From Patescibacteria group bacterium (GTDB taxonomy: Bacteria > Patescibacteriota > Minisyncoccia > RBG-13-40-8-A), in contig JAHILA010000009.1 of assembly GCA_018897295.1 (NCBI GenBank), positions 3,154-67,153 on the forward strand: DNA of 64,000 nucleotides, written 5' to 3'. The notes beneath the pieces were generated by a model that was not told the DNA's origin, made no database searches, and saw only the letters and a program-made list of their open reading frames with translations. Positions 44,941-54,271 of the stretch are shown one piece after another (the first letter of the stretch is position 1; every line of letters starts with the position of its first letter). A program made the position numbers and the translations under genes.

Positions 44941-45927
44941 ATGGCCAACAATGAACCAATCAATTCATTACCTGAATACGAAATCAGGACAATGAAAAGC
45001 GACTTGGATAAATTGGAGGGAGGGGTACCGAAAACCCCGCCTAAAACTTTATTGATTACTCCTACTCCGGCTCCAGTCCCAACACCTACTCCAACTCCAA
45101 CCCCAATCAAAGAAATTAAAGAAATTAAGAAAACTCCTCTGCCAGAAACAGAGGAGTTTATTGCGCCTGCTCCGCCAAAAATAGTTACCAAAGAAATAAA
45201 AACAGGAACAAAACAAGAAATAAAACCAGAACAGATAAAAAAGAAGAGGTTTTATCTTATACCCATAATTATCGTTCTGGCAATAATTGCCATTGGAGTA
45301 TTCTTTTACTGGCAAGGAAGAATAGAAGAAGAACAGCAACAATTGCCACCAGTTCAACAACCAGAAGAACCACAAATATCAGTATCTTTGTTTCCTGTTG
45401 ATGAAACGAAAATAATTACAGTTGGAAATAACGCATCCCTGCTCAATCTTTTGAAAATCGAGGCGGATATAGACCAATCAGACGGAACATTCAAAAGAAT
45501 AGTACCGATAAAAAATGAAAAAGAAATTTTATTTCTAAATGAACTGATACAAGAATTAAGAATAGCAATTTATCCTTATGTTTTGCCGGAATTGAAAGAC
45601 AAATATACGCTTGTTTTATATGGCCAGAACGGAAAGAGGCGGTTTGGACTAATTATAGAAGCAATAAATACTGCTAATTTAGAAGAACAATTAAAATTCT
45701 GGGAAAAAACAATGCCCGATGATCTAAAAAATCTCTTCTTGAAAGAATCTCCAGGCGGGACAGCCAGTAAAGGATTTCACGATAATATTTATAAAGAAAT
45801 CTCCATTCGCTATATCAATTTCCCAAATCCGGAATTAACCATTGATTACGCTATTTTCAATAATTTGTTCATTTTATCCATCAGCAAAGAATCAATGTAT
45901 GGAATTATTGACAGATTGAAATTGTAG
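44941..45927 (+). CDS. Membrane protein with Pro/Thr-rich low-complexity linker
   Basis: TPTPAPVPTPTPTPTP repeat encoded by (CCA ACN) repeats at ~45060-45110. Single TM helix. Confidence 0.4.
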   Translation: MANNEPINSLPEYEIRTMKSDLDKLEGGVPKTPPKTLLITPTPAPVPTPTPTPTPIKEIKEIKKTPLPETEEFIAPAPPKIVTKEIKTGTKQEIKPEQIKKKRFYLIPIIIVLAIIAIGVFFYWQGRIEEEQQQLPPVQQPEEPQISVSLFPVDETKIITVGNNASLLNLLKIEADIDQSDGTFKRIVPIKNEKEILFLNELIQELRIAIYPYVLPELKDKYTLVLYGQNGKRRFGLIIEAINTANLEEQLKFWEKTMPDDLKNLFLKESPGGTASKGFHDNIYKEISIRYINFPNPELTIDYAIFNNLFILSISKESMYGIIDRLKL

Positions 45928-46116
45928 AACCGGTTTACCATGAGCGAAGCGCCTTAAGCGCTGAGTCGAATGGGGATAACTTGTTTAGAACATAATCCAA
46001 AGAAAACAAATCTAGTTCATCGTCAAGGCTAAAATAAGCTAATTTTGGCTCTAAAAACAGGATGCCAAGCAAAAACCTTGATATTGACTAAATTCTAAAA
46101 ACTTATCCACAACATG

Positions 46117-46186
46117 CCCCGTAGTGAATTCTCGACTGATGCAGGGCAGCATAATAATTTTAATTAGTCGAGAATCTACTACGGGG
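46117..46186. repeat. Second copy of the CCCCGTA..GAATT.TCGAC inverted-repeat element, ending 1 nt before the comM start codon
   Basis: CCCCGTAGTGAATTCTCGACT (46117-46137) pairs with AGTCGAGAATCTACTACGGGG (46166-46186) around a 28-nt AT-rich loop. A TTATCCACA box lies at 46103-46111. Confidence 0.6.
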
Positions 46187-46187
46187 T

Positions 46188-47723
46188 ATGAACAAAGTTT
46201 TTTCAGCAGCTATAACTGGCCTTGAAGCTGAACTCATAGAGGTGGAGGCGGATTTATCATCCGGTCTCCGCTTTTTTAGTATTGTCGGACTGCCGGACAA
46301 ATCAGTTGAAGAGTCCAAGGAGAGAATTGCTGCAGCAATAAAAAATAGCGGAGCAGAACCTCCGCACAAACAAAATAAAAGAGTAATTATTAATTTAGCA
46401 CCGGCTGATTTAAGGAAGGAGGGTTCAGCTTATGACTTGCCTATTGCTTTAAGCTTTCTTTTATCGTCAGGGCAGATAAAATTCGACGAGAAAGATAAAT
46501 TATTTGTCGGTGAATTGGCTTTGAATGGCGAGATCAGAAGAGCTAATGGGGTTTTGCCGATTTGTTTAATGGCAAAAGAAAAGGGAATTACCAATGTCTT
46601 TGTTCCGAAATCAAACAGCAATGAAGCAAGATTAGTAAGAGATATAAATATATTTCCCATCGAGTCATTAGTAGAACTTATTGCTTTTCTGGAAAATAGA
46701 ATTGAAATCAAACCTCTGGAGCCGTTTGGCGAGGAATTTTTAGAAGGATTTGAAATCGGATTCCAGCCAAGTGTTGATATGGCTTATATTAAAGGACAGG
46801 AAAACGCCAAAAGGGCATTGGAAATTGCTGCAAGCGGAAATCATAATGTACTCATGACTGGCCCGCCTGGATCAGGAAAAACATTATTGGCAAAAGCGAT
46901 TTCTACAATTCTGCCAAAAATGGCTTGGAGCGAAATCTTGGAAGTTACCAAAATCTACAGCATAGCTGGAAAACTTTCCCATAAAAAACCTTTAATCCAC
47001 CAGAGGCCGTTTCGCTCTCCTCATCACAGCGCATCAGAGGCTTCTTTAATTGGAGGCGGAGGCATTGCTAGGCCAGGAGAAATTACTTTGGCCCATCGCG
47101 GAATATTATTTCTTGATGAATTTCCGGAAGTGCACAGGGACGTTTTGGAAAGTTTGAGGCAGCCATTAGAAGACGGCGTAATACATGTTGCCAGAGCCAA
47201 GGCCAGTTATACTTTCCCGGCAAGATTTACATTAATTGCCGCAATGAATCCCTGCCCTTGTGGATATTATGGAGACCCTGAAAAACAATGCACCTGCAAC
47301 CAGCAGCAGATTAATAAATATCAAAGAAGGGTGTCCGGACCAATTATGGATAGGATTGATTTATATGTTGAAGTGCCGCATGTAAAATACGAAAAATTAA
47401 CTGATGAAAATATGGAGGGATCAAGCCAGACAATCAGAAAAAAAGTGGAAAAGGCCAGACAAATCCAGATTGAAAGATTTAAGGATGATAATATTGTTAC
47501 AAATTCGGAAATGAATATCCCTTTGATTAAAAAGCATTGCAGAACCGATGAGCAAGGGGAGAGATTATTGCGCAATGCAGTAAATAATCTCCATATGTCA
47601 GCGCGCGGATACCACCGCATTTTAAAATTAGCGCGTACTATTGCTGACCTTGCCGAATCACCCAGTATTACCTCGCAGCACATTGCCGAAGCCCTGCAAT
47701 ACCGGCCAAAAGTGGAAATATAG
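46188..47723 (+). CDS. comM: Mg-chelatase-like AAA+ ATPase ComM/YifB
   Basis: N-terminal Lon-like domain, Walker A GPPGSGKT, C-terminal domain. Confidence 0.85.
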   Translation: MNKVFSAAITGLEAELIEVEADLSSGLRFFSIVGLPDKSVEESKERIAAAIKNSGAEPPHKQNKRVIINLAPADLRKEGSAYDLPIALSFLLSSGQIKFDEKDKLFVGELALNGEIRRANGVLPICLMAKEKGITNVFVPKSNSNEARLVRDINIFPIESLVELIAFLENRIEIKPLEPFGEEFLEGFEIGFQPSVDMAYIKGQENAKRALEIAASGNHNVLMTGPPGSGKTLLAKAISTILPKMAWSEILEVTKIYSIAGKLSHKKPLIHQRPFRSPHHSASEASLIGGGGIARPGEITLAHRGILFLDEFPEVHRDVLESLRQPLEDGVIHVARAKASYTFPARFTLIAAMNPCPCGYYGDPEKQCTCNQQQINKYQRRVSGPIMDRIDLYVEVPHVKYEKLTDENMEGSSQTIRKKVEKARQIQIERFKDDNIVTNSEMNIPLIKKHCRTDEQGERLLRNAVNNLHMSARGYHRILKLARTIADLAESPSITSQHIAEALQYRPKVEI

Positions 47724-47760
47724 TTATCCACAATATTAACTATTGACAAGTATATCATAT

Positions 47761-48138
47761 ATGATATATACTGAATCAAGTGAATATAGAGTAAAATTCT
47801 ATATCGATCCCAAAACCAATAAGAGCTATATTTTTGAATATATCGATGATTTGGACAAAAAACAAAAAGCTAAAATTTTAAATCGGATCGAATTTTTAAG
47901 ACAATATAAAGGCGTATTAGATGAACCGTACTCAAAACACATCAAGGGTAAAATTCGCGAATTAAGAATTGATTTTGGCAAAAATAGACATAGAATTTTC
48001 TATTTTACATTTATTAAGAAAACAATCATACTCCTCCACGCATTCTTGAAACATACATCAAAAACCCCTGAATCAGAAATAAGAATTGCTGAAAATAATT
48101 ATTATGTTGTAATTAATAATCCAAAAATTTATGAATAG
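47761..48138 (+). CDS. HigB/Gp49-like type II toxin (start uncertain; the ORF track begins at TTG 47743)
   Basis: GKIRELRIDFGKNRHRIFYF...LLHAFLKHTSKTPESEI resembles the phage Gp49/HigB family. Overlaps the downstream antitoxin by 8 nt. Confidence 0.55.
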   Translation: MIYTESSEYRVKFYIDPKTNKSYIFEYIDDLDKKQKAKILNRIEFLRQYKGVLDEPYSKHIKGKIRELRIDFGKNRHRIFYFTFIKKTIILLHAFLKHTSKTPESEIRIAENNYYVVINNPKIYE

Positions 48139-48421
48139 AAAAATAAAGGCAAGAGATTTCCAAAAATATCTTGCCGAACAATTAAAAAATCCTGAATTCA
48201 AAAAACACTATAACGAATATGGGAAGCAATTGGAAGTTGCTTATCAGATTTTGAAATTACGAAAACAAAAAAATATTTCCCAAGCGCAATTGGCTAAAAA
48301 ACTTAAAACCAAACAAAGTAATATCGCTCGCATAGAAAATGGCAAACAAAACTTAAGTATACAAACCCTCAACAACATCGCCCGCGCTCTAAACAGCGAT
48401 TTAACCGTCAATTTTTCGTAA
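48131..48421 (+). CDS. HTH-XRE antitoxin (HigA-like)
   Basis: ISQAQLAKKLKTKQSNIARIENGK HTH_XRE motif. Confidence 0.7.
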   Translation: MNRKIKARDFQKYLAEQLKNPEFKKHYNEYGKQLEVAYQILKLRKQKNISQAQLAKKLKTKQSNIARIENGKQNLSIQTLNNIARALNSDLTVNFS

Positions 48422-48454
48422 AAATTAAAACAAACAAATCTATGGAATTTTGTT

Positions 48455-48482
48455 AAAAAATCCGCCTCATGCGGATTTTTAA
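48455..48482 (+). terminator. Rho-independent terminator after the TA pair
   Basis: AATCCGC-CTCAT-GCGGATT followed by TTTT. Confidence 0.6.
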
Positions 48483-48485
48483 ATA

Positions 48486-48524
48486 GAAATATAAAAATAA
48501 AGGCCACCTTATTCGGTGGCCTTT
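48486..48524 (-). terminator. Terminator for the 48509-48787 gene (the stop codon lies in the stem)
   Basis: AAAGGCCACC-GAATAA-GGTGGCCTTT followed by a T-rich tract on the minus strand. Confidence 0.55.
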
Positions 48525-48787
48525 ACGAGCTTGATACAAGGAAAATAGAATTTGAATCCGCTTGTCATGTACTCACTCGATACCTCGTTTACACAAATAT
48601 CTTCTAACAAAACGAGTTCGCATGAGATAAAACCTTCTTCATTTTCTTCCTCGCCAGAGCAATACCCTGCAAATTCAACTCTCTTGTTTAAAAAATTCTT
48701 CCTTGTTTCAAAATGAAACCCTCCTTGCCCGATTTCAACAATTTTACACTTGTCTCCAGGGCAAAATTCTTCTTTTTCCATGAGCAC
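48509..48787 (-). CDS. Hypothetical small protein
   Basis: ORF only. Confidence 0.4.
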   Translation of the reverse strand: MLMEKEEFCPGDKCKIVEIGQGGFHFETRKNFLNKRVEFAGYCSGEEENEEGFISCELVLLEDICVNEVSSEYMTSGFKFYFPCIKLVKATE

Positions 48788-48848
48788 CTCCTTTTTTGAA
48801 ATATACCATATTTATAATAAGATAAGAAGTTTTTCATTAAAACTTGAC

Positions 48849-48877
48849 AGAATTTACGGATATGCTATAATGTAAAT
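48849..48877 (+). promoter_or_regulatory. Consensus sigma70 promoter TTGACA-N16-TATAAT
   Basis: A perfect -35 and -10 upstream of the 48901 gene, which has an AAGGAGG RBS. Confidence 0.6.
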
Positions 48878-48900
48878 ATATCTTAAAAGGAGGATACGAC

Positions 48901-49188
48901 ATGACCGTTTTACAACTATTCAAGGAAAAGATGCTTGGAATCAACCAGTTTGTCCGCGCCAAAAAAACCATGATGGCCTACGGACAAGAGCTTTTCGTGA
49001 AGGGCCAACCGTACAGAATTACCAAGGTTAACGCTGATGGAATTACCATCAAAGGCAAATCAAGAAATAACTGCCAATTCATCGCTAAACCGAAACTGGG
49101 TGCCAAAAATCTGTTTTCCTGGACCAATTTTAAGCTGATCGGCAAAAACAGGAAAGGCCTAACCCGGGCCATGAAAGCCGCCAGCTGA
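48901..49188 (+). CDS. Hypothetical small basic protein
   Basis: ORF with consensus promoter, RBS and terminator. Confidence 0.5.
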   Translation: MTVLQLFKEKMLGINQFVRAKKTMMAYGQELFVKGQPYRITKVNADGITIKGKSRNNCQFIAKPKLGAKNLFSWTNFKLIGKNRKGLTRAMKAAS

Positions 49189-49201
49189 AAACAGCTCAAA
49201 A

Positions 49202-49240
49202 CGGGCAAGTCAACTGACTTGCCCGCTATTTTATTTATTA
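49202..49240 (+). terminator. Rho-independent terminator
   Basis: GGGCAAGTCA..TGACTTGCCC stem followed by GCTATTTTATTTATT. Confidence 0.65.
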
Positions 49241-49258
49241 ATCAAAATTAGGTCAATT

Positions 49259-50272
49259 TTAATATATATATCCCAGGATTCTCCAGTCGTTTCTGGAAAT
49301 AGCGCGCACGCTTTTTATTCCCAAACCCAAATAATTCATATCTGAAATAGTAATTGAATCTTCATTTACAGCTTCAACATAAGCTACATGGCCGTAACGT
49401 TTCATTATCCAGGTATTACCGCGCATAGAAATTATTGCGCCTGGCCTTGGTTCGATGCCAGTTTCAAATCCATATCCAACAGCTTTTTTTAACCAAGTTT
49501 TAGCATCCCCATTCCATGGAACATACTTTTTTTGAGCAACATACCAAGTACACTGGCCCCAAGGAAATCCATGGCTTGTACTGCCATAAGGACCAAGCTC
49601 TTCTGTACTATAAGCATAGATTTTGGCTTTTGGCGCATATTCAACCGGCTTCTGGCCATCAGGAATAATAATGTCCTGACCAATGGCCAAATTTCCATTA
49701 GCCGGCAACCCATTCATAGCAATTGTCTCTTCTGAATTGCCTTTGTATGTTTTAACAATTTTGTCCAATGTTTCGCCATTTTTAACTGTATGTTTGATTC
49801 CTGAAACCGGCAAAATAATTAGTTCTTGTCCTGCTTTAATCTTGCTTAAAGGGCTTAAGTTATTAGCCCAGAGCAGAGTATTGGTAGTTATGCCGAACAT
49901 AGAAGCAATGCCAGAAGGAATATCACCTTGCTGGACTTCATAGGTAATAATCCCGCTTCTTTCTAAAGATAGAGTAGACAGGGCTCCTGTCGGAGAATTA
50001 TTAGCCACAAAAGCGCTGTTCTGAATAACTACATTGGAGTCCTCAAAATATGACCCGTCAAAATATGATTCCTCAATTATAGTTTCTGCCAGGTTTAGAT
50101 CCTTCGAAGCATAAACAAAGGAACTTCGTCTGATCATTTCCTCTTCTTCGCTTGTTGCAGAGTCATTATTAAGACTGCCGGCAATGGCATTAGTCAAGAA
50201 TAAAGACCCAAATCCAATAAAAATAACTGCTGCTACCTTAAAATAAGGAATTTTGAGCAGTTTCTCCTCCAA
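49259..50272 (-). CDS. Secreted peptidoglycan hydrolase: two LysM domains plus a C-terminal CHAP domain
   Basis: N-terminal TM/signal. LysM-like YEVQQGDIPSGIA and HTVKNGETLDKI. CHAP GQCTWYV...GHVAYVE. Confidence 0.7.
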   Translation of the reverse strand: MEEKLLKIPYFKVAAVIFIGFGSLFLTNAIAGSLNNDSATSEEEEMIRRSSFVYASKDLNLAETIIEESYFDGSYFEDSNVVIQNSAFVANNSPTGALSTLSLERSGIITYEVQQGDIPSGIASMFGITTNTLLWANNLSPLSKIKAGQELIILPVSGIKHTVKNGETLDKIVKTYKGNSEETIAMNGLPANGNLAIGQDIIIPDGQKPVEYAPKAKIYAYSTEELGPYGSTSHGFPWGQCTWYVAQKKYVPWNGDAKTWLKKAVGYGFETGIEPRPGAIISMRGNTWIMKRYGHVAYVEAVNEDSITISDMNYLGLGIKSVRAISRNDWRILGYIY

Positions 50273-50477
50273 TAACCCAATTGTTTTGTTCTCTAAAATA
50301 AGTTTCTAGTTAAACTGATTAGCTAAACAAAAATACCTCCACTGAGTTTCGGTATTGTTAAGATTAGCATGCCTATAACCCCTTGTCAAGCTTTTTAAAA
50401 CAAAAATTTTCTCTTGTGCTATACTACAAAAATGGAAGCCCGCCCAAGGCGGGTCAGCCCTGGGCTGAAAATAAACA

Positions 50478-52418
50478 ATGGAAAACGAAAATATTTTAGA
50501 AAATCTAAACCTGGAACAGAAAAAAGCTGTCCAAACCACCGACGGCCCAGTTTTGATATTGGCTGGCCCTGGTTCCGGTAAAACAAAAGTGCTCACCCAC
50601 CGCCTATCCTACCTGATTAAGCAAGGAATCCCAGGGCAAAACATCCTTGCAGTCACTTTTACCAATAAAGCAGCAGATGAAATGAAAAAACGAACTATCA
50701 AACTCCTTACCCCGTTAGATGCCGCGCGTCTAACGGGGTTTATCGGCACCTTTCATTCTTTTTGTCTAAAAATCCTGAGAAAAGAAATAGACAAATTGGA
50801 TTATAAGAAAAACTTCGTTATTTATGACGAAGACGACCAATTAAATCTGATGAAAGAGGTAATAAAAAATCTGGAAATCAACCAAGAACAATTTCCTGCC
50901 AAAAGAGCGCTCCATGTAATTTCCTCTCTGAAAAACGAAACCATTGATTACGAAACTTATAGGGAAAATGCGCAGGAATATTTTGAAAAAACTATTGCCA
51001 AGATTTACCAAGCATACCAACTGAACTTAAAACAAAATAATGCCTTGGATTTTGATGATTTAATCATGCTTACTGTAAAATTATTTGAAAATTTCCCGGA
51101 GATTCTGGAATTTTATCAGGAAAAATACAAATATATTATGGTCGATGAATACCAGGATACTGACCCGTCGCAATACAAGCTAATAAAACTCTTATCTTCA
51201 AAATACAGAAATGTCTGTGTTGTTGGAGATGATGCCCAGTCAATTTATTCTTTTAGAAATGCTGATTTTAGGAATATTCTGAATTTCGAAAAAGATTATC
51301 CTCAAGCAAAAGTTATAACACTGGATCAGAATTACCGCTCAACACAGAATATTTTGGATGCTGCTTCGAAATTAATTTCCAAAAATGTTTATCAGAAGCC
51401 AAAAAATCTCTGGACAAAAAACCCTTCTGGCCCGCCAATATCAATCATCGGCACATGGGACGAAAAAAACGAAGCGGAATTTATTGTCCAGAAAATAAAA
51501 GAATTTTTAAAACAAGGATATAAATTGCACGATTTTGCTGTTTTTTACAGAACTAATGCCCAATCGCGCGCAATTGAAGAAGCATTTATTAAAAACAACG
51601 TTCCCTACAAATTAATCGGGGCAATTAGATTCTATCAGAGAAAAGAAATTAAAGACATTGTTAGTTATTTGAAATATATTGCTGTTAACGACTCAATGAG
51701 TTTAAAAAGAATAATCAATACTCCGACAAGAGGAATTGGCAAAATCACGCTTGATAAAATTATTAAAAATGGAATAGAAAGGGTTGCCGAGGAAAAACCA
51801 GAAGTGGGAATTTTCCACAAATTTATCCAGAAAGCCAAGGAAATCGCCATTAAAAATCCATTAACCAAGCTTTTAAAATTTATTTTAAAGGAAATTGATT
51901 ACCAAAATTACCTTAGAAAAACTTATGGCGATAATGAGCTACAGGCAGGACTTTCCGAAGACGAAGCCAGATGGCAGAACATTGAGGAATTGATAAATGT
52001 CGGAGCTGAATACGATAAATTGCCTGCCCAAGACGGATTAAAAGAATTTCTGGAAAAAACAGCGCTCCTGTCCGATGCTGATGAAATCCAAAACAACAAA
52101 GAAGTTGTACATCTAATGACTCTACATACTGCCAAGGGTCTGGAGTTCCCAATTATATTCATCATTGGCTGCGAGGAAGGCATTCTTCCTCATTCCAGAA
52201 GCTTACTGAATCCATTGGATATTGAGGAAGAGCGCAGATTATTCTATGTCGGCATTACCAGAAGCAAAACTCATCTGCATTTGGTTGTATCCCAGAGAAG
52301 AACAAGTTGGGGAAGCAAAGAGGCAAATATGCCATCAAGATTTTTGTCAGAAATCCCGGAGCATTTAATAAATTATGAAGAATACAATGGAGAAATTAAA
52401 GATTTAATAGATTTTTAA
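50478..52418 (+). CDS. UvrD/PcrA-family ATP-dependent DNA helicase
   Basis: Motif I AGPGSGKT. DEYQD motif II. Later helicase motifs present. 646 aa. Confidence 0.85.
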   Translation: MENENILENLNLEQKKAVQTTDGPVLILAGPGSGKTKVLTHRLSYLIKQGIPGQNILAVTFTNKAADEMKKRTIKLLTPLDAARLTGFIGTFHSFCLKILRKEIDKLDYKKNFVIYDEDDQLNLMKEVIKNLEINQEQFPAKRALHVISSLKNETIDYETYRENAQEYFEKTIAKIYQAYQLNLKQNNALDFDDLIMLTVKLFENFPEILEFYQEKYKYIMVDEYQDTDPSQYKLIKLLSSKYRNVCVVGDDAQSIYSFRNADFRNILNFEKDYPQAKVITLDQNYRSTQNILDAASKLISKNVYQKPKNLWTKNPSGPPISIIGTWDEKNEAEFIVQKIKEFLKQGYKLHDFAVFYRTNAQSRAIEEAFIKNNVPYKLIGAIRFYQRKEIKDIVSYLKYIAVNDSMSLKRIINTPTRGIGKITLDKIIKNGIERVAEEKPEVGIFHKFIQKAKEIAIKNPLTKLLKFILKEIDYQNYLRKTYGDNELQAGLSEDEARWQNIEELINVGAEYDKLPAQDGLKEFLEKTALLSDADEIQNNKEVVHLMTLHTAKGLEFPIIFIIGCEEGILPHSRSLLNPLDIEEERRLFYVGITRSKTHLHLVVSQRRTSWGSKEANMPSRFLSEIPEHLINYEEYNGEIKDLIDF

Positions 52419-52419
52419 A

Positions 52420-53214
52420 ATGATTGATATTAAACTAATTTTGCAAAAATATAATATTCATTCCAAAAAATATATGGGGCAGAATTTTTTGATTGATGAA
52501 AATGTTTTAAATAAAATTATTGGCGCAGCAAACCTGTCCTTAAAAGATACGGTGCTGGAAATCGGCCCAGGGCTGGGAATTTTGACTGTTGAATTGGCAA
52601 AAAGAACCAAAAAAGTAATTGCTATAGAAAAAGACAAAACACTCTGCGAGATACTAAAGAAGATTTTAAAAGAGCAGAATATAAACAATGTAGAAATCGT
52701 GAATAAGGATATTCTAAAAGTTTCTGACGAAATACCAAATTCCAATTACAAAATCGTGGCAAATATACCATACTATTTAACTTCGCCATTAATTAGAAAA
52801 TTTCTCGAAGTCGAAAACAAACCATCTCTGATGATTCTAATGGTCCAAAAAGAGGTAGCGCAAAGAATAACAGCAAAACCGCCGCACATGAGCATATTAT
52901 CCATTGCTGTACAATTTTATGCAGAACCAGAAATCATTGATTATGTCCCGAAAAGCAGTTTTTTCCCAATGCCAAAAGTCGATTCAGCAATTATCAAGAT
53001 AATACCGCAGTCTTATGTGGGACGTGCGACGTCCCACATAAATATGAAGAAGTTTTTTAAATTAGTAAAAACGGGTTTTTCTTCAAAAAGAAAAATGTTG
53101 AAAAATAATTTACCCGAAATCGACCTTGAAAAAATCGGATTAAATCCAAAAGTCAGGGCGGAAAATTTGTCAATTGATGACTGGATGAAAATTTATCGCG
53201 ATTTTTATTCTTGA
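52420..53214 (+). CDS. rsmA: 16S rRNA (adenine1518/1519-N6)-dimethyltransferase
   Basis: GQNFL motif, SAM motif LEIGPGLG, NIPY motif. Confidence 0.85.
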   Translation: MIDIKLILQKYNIHSKKYMGQNFLIDENVLNKIIGAANLSLKDTVLEIGPGLGILTVELAKRTKKVIAIEKDKTLCEILKKILKEQNINNVEIVNKDILKVSDEIPNSNYKIVANIPYYLTSPLIRKFLEVENKPSLMILMVQKEVAQRITAKPPHMSILSIAVQFYAEPEIIDYVPKSSFFPMPKVDSAIIKIIPQSYVGRATSHINMKKFFKLVKTGFSSKRKMLKNNLPEIDLEKIGLNPKVRAENLSIDDWMKIYRDFYS

Positions 53215-53257
53215 CTGACTATTTTTGTGCTATAATAAAAGTGATATAATTAAGAAT

Positions 53258-54271
53258 ATGAGATTAAAAATAAAGAACATACCATTGGCTACAATTATAC
53301 TAACAAGCATTTTTGCCGTTGGGTTAATTTTATTTGTAGGCGCTTTCTCTAAAAGAAGCGCTTTTTCCACATATAATTTATGGGGCGGCAAAGAAACCAT
53401 TATTGAGTCCGAAAGCAAAGACACAGACAATGACGGACTAAAGGACTGGGAGGAAAATCTATACAAAACCGACCCCTTGAATCCTGATACAGATGCTGAT
53501 GGATATTTAGATGGCGAAGAAATAAATTCCGGACATAATCCTTTGGTCAAGGGACCGAATGATAAACAGGTATTCTATCCTCTGCCCATTGGCAACAAGT
53601 ATAATATAACCAATCAGATATTCTCTGATTTTGATGCAATAGCAAAATCGTATATTGAGCAAAAAGACCAATATGTCAGAGATCATCCAGAAATCATTGA
53701 CCCAACGACATATATGGCCGAGGCATCTAAGGGCGCATTAGATGAAATGCTAAGAAGGGCTATGCTCTACAATGAAGCGGACTGGTCAGATAAGGCGAAC
53801 GCGGTTCTGGAAAAAAATCCGGAAATATTTCAGATTGAAATCTCAGATATTGATATAAAAATTTCCGATGACAATACTCCAGAAGCAATAAAAGCATATT
53901 TTGAAAAATTATCATCTTACGCAAAGTCAAATAATTTCCTTTTGCAAAACGAAAATTTCATCTTGTTGCAGGATTCTTTTCCCAATAATGATTTTGCCGA
54001 AGTGGATATTTTAATAATAATCAATGATGATGAAATATCTAAATTAGTTGATACCCCTGTTCCATCGTCATGGAAAGAATTACATAAAAACTTTTTAAAA
54101 ATCGCAATAACTTTGCGAAACATTTTTGTTTCTCTGAGAGGATTTGAATCTGACCCAATAAAAGCCATTATTGCGAACAATGAGATAAAAAATGTTTCAA
54201 GTCTTTGGAAATCTTTTGAACAAAATCTTCTAAAATTAAATGAATCGCAAAATCTAAATTTAGAATTATGA
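53258..54271 (+). CDS. Secreted protein with thrombospondin-type-3-like Ca-binding Asp-rich repeats (start moved to MRLKIKN)
   Basis: Signal/TM helix, then DTDNDGLKDWEE...DPLNPDTDADGYLDGEE. Confidence 0.5.
   Translation: MRLKIKNIPLATIILTSIFAVGLILFVGAFSKRSAFSTYNLWGGKETIIESESKDTDNDGLKDWEENLYKTDPLNPDTDADGYLDGEEINSGHNPLVKGPNDKQVFYPLPIGNKYNITNQIFSDFDAIAKSYIEQKDQYVRDHPEIIDPTTYMAEASKGALDEMLRRAMLYNEADWSDKANAVLEKNPEIFQIEISDIDIKISDDNTPEAIKAYFEKLSSYAKSNNFLLQNENFILLQDSFPNNDFAEVDILIIINDDEISKLVDTPVPSSWKELHKNFLKIAITLRNIFVSLRGFESDPIKAIIANNEIKNVSSLWKSFEQNLLKLNESQNLNLEL

Noticed and set aside
45060-45110. Microsatellite-like (CCAACN) repeat as a phase-variation site
   Set aside because: The repeat units are degenerate, giving a TPTPAPVPTPTPTP linker rather than a pure tract. 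The linker is in-frame regardless. There is no evidence for slipped-strand switching.
25759-47732. Replication origin (oriC), inferred from the perfect DnaA boxes
   Set aside because: The boxes are dispersed over more than 20 kb, each beside a promoter. They are not clustered with an AT-rich DNA unwinding element or with dnaA/dnaN, so a promoter-associated role is more likely.
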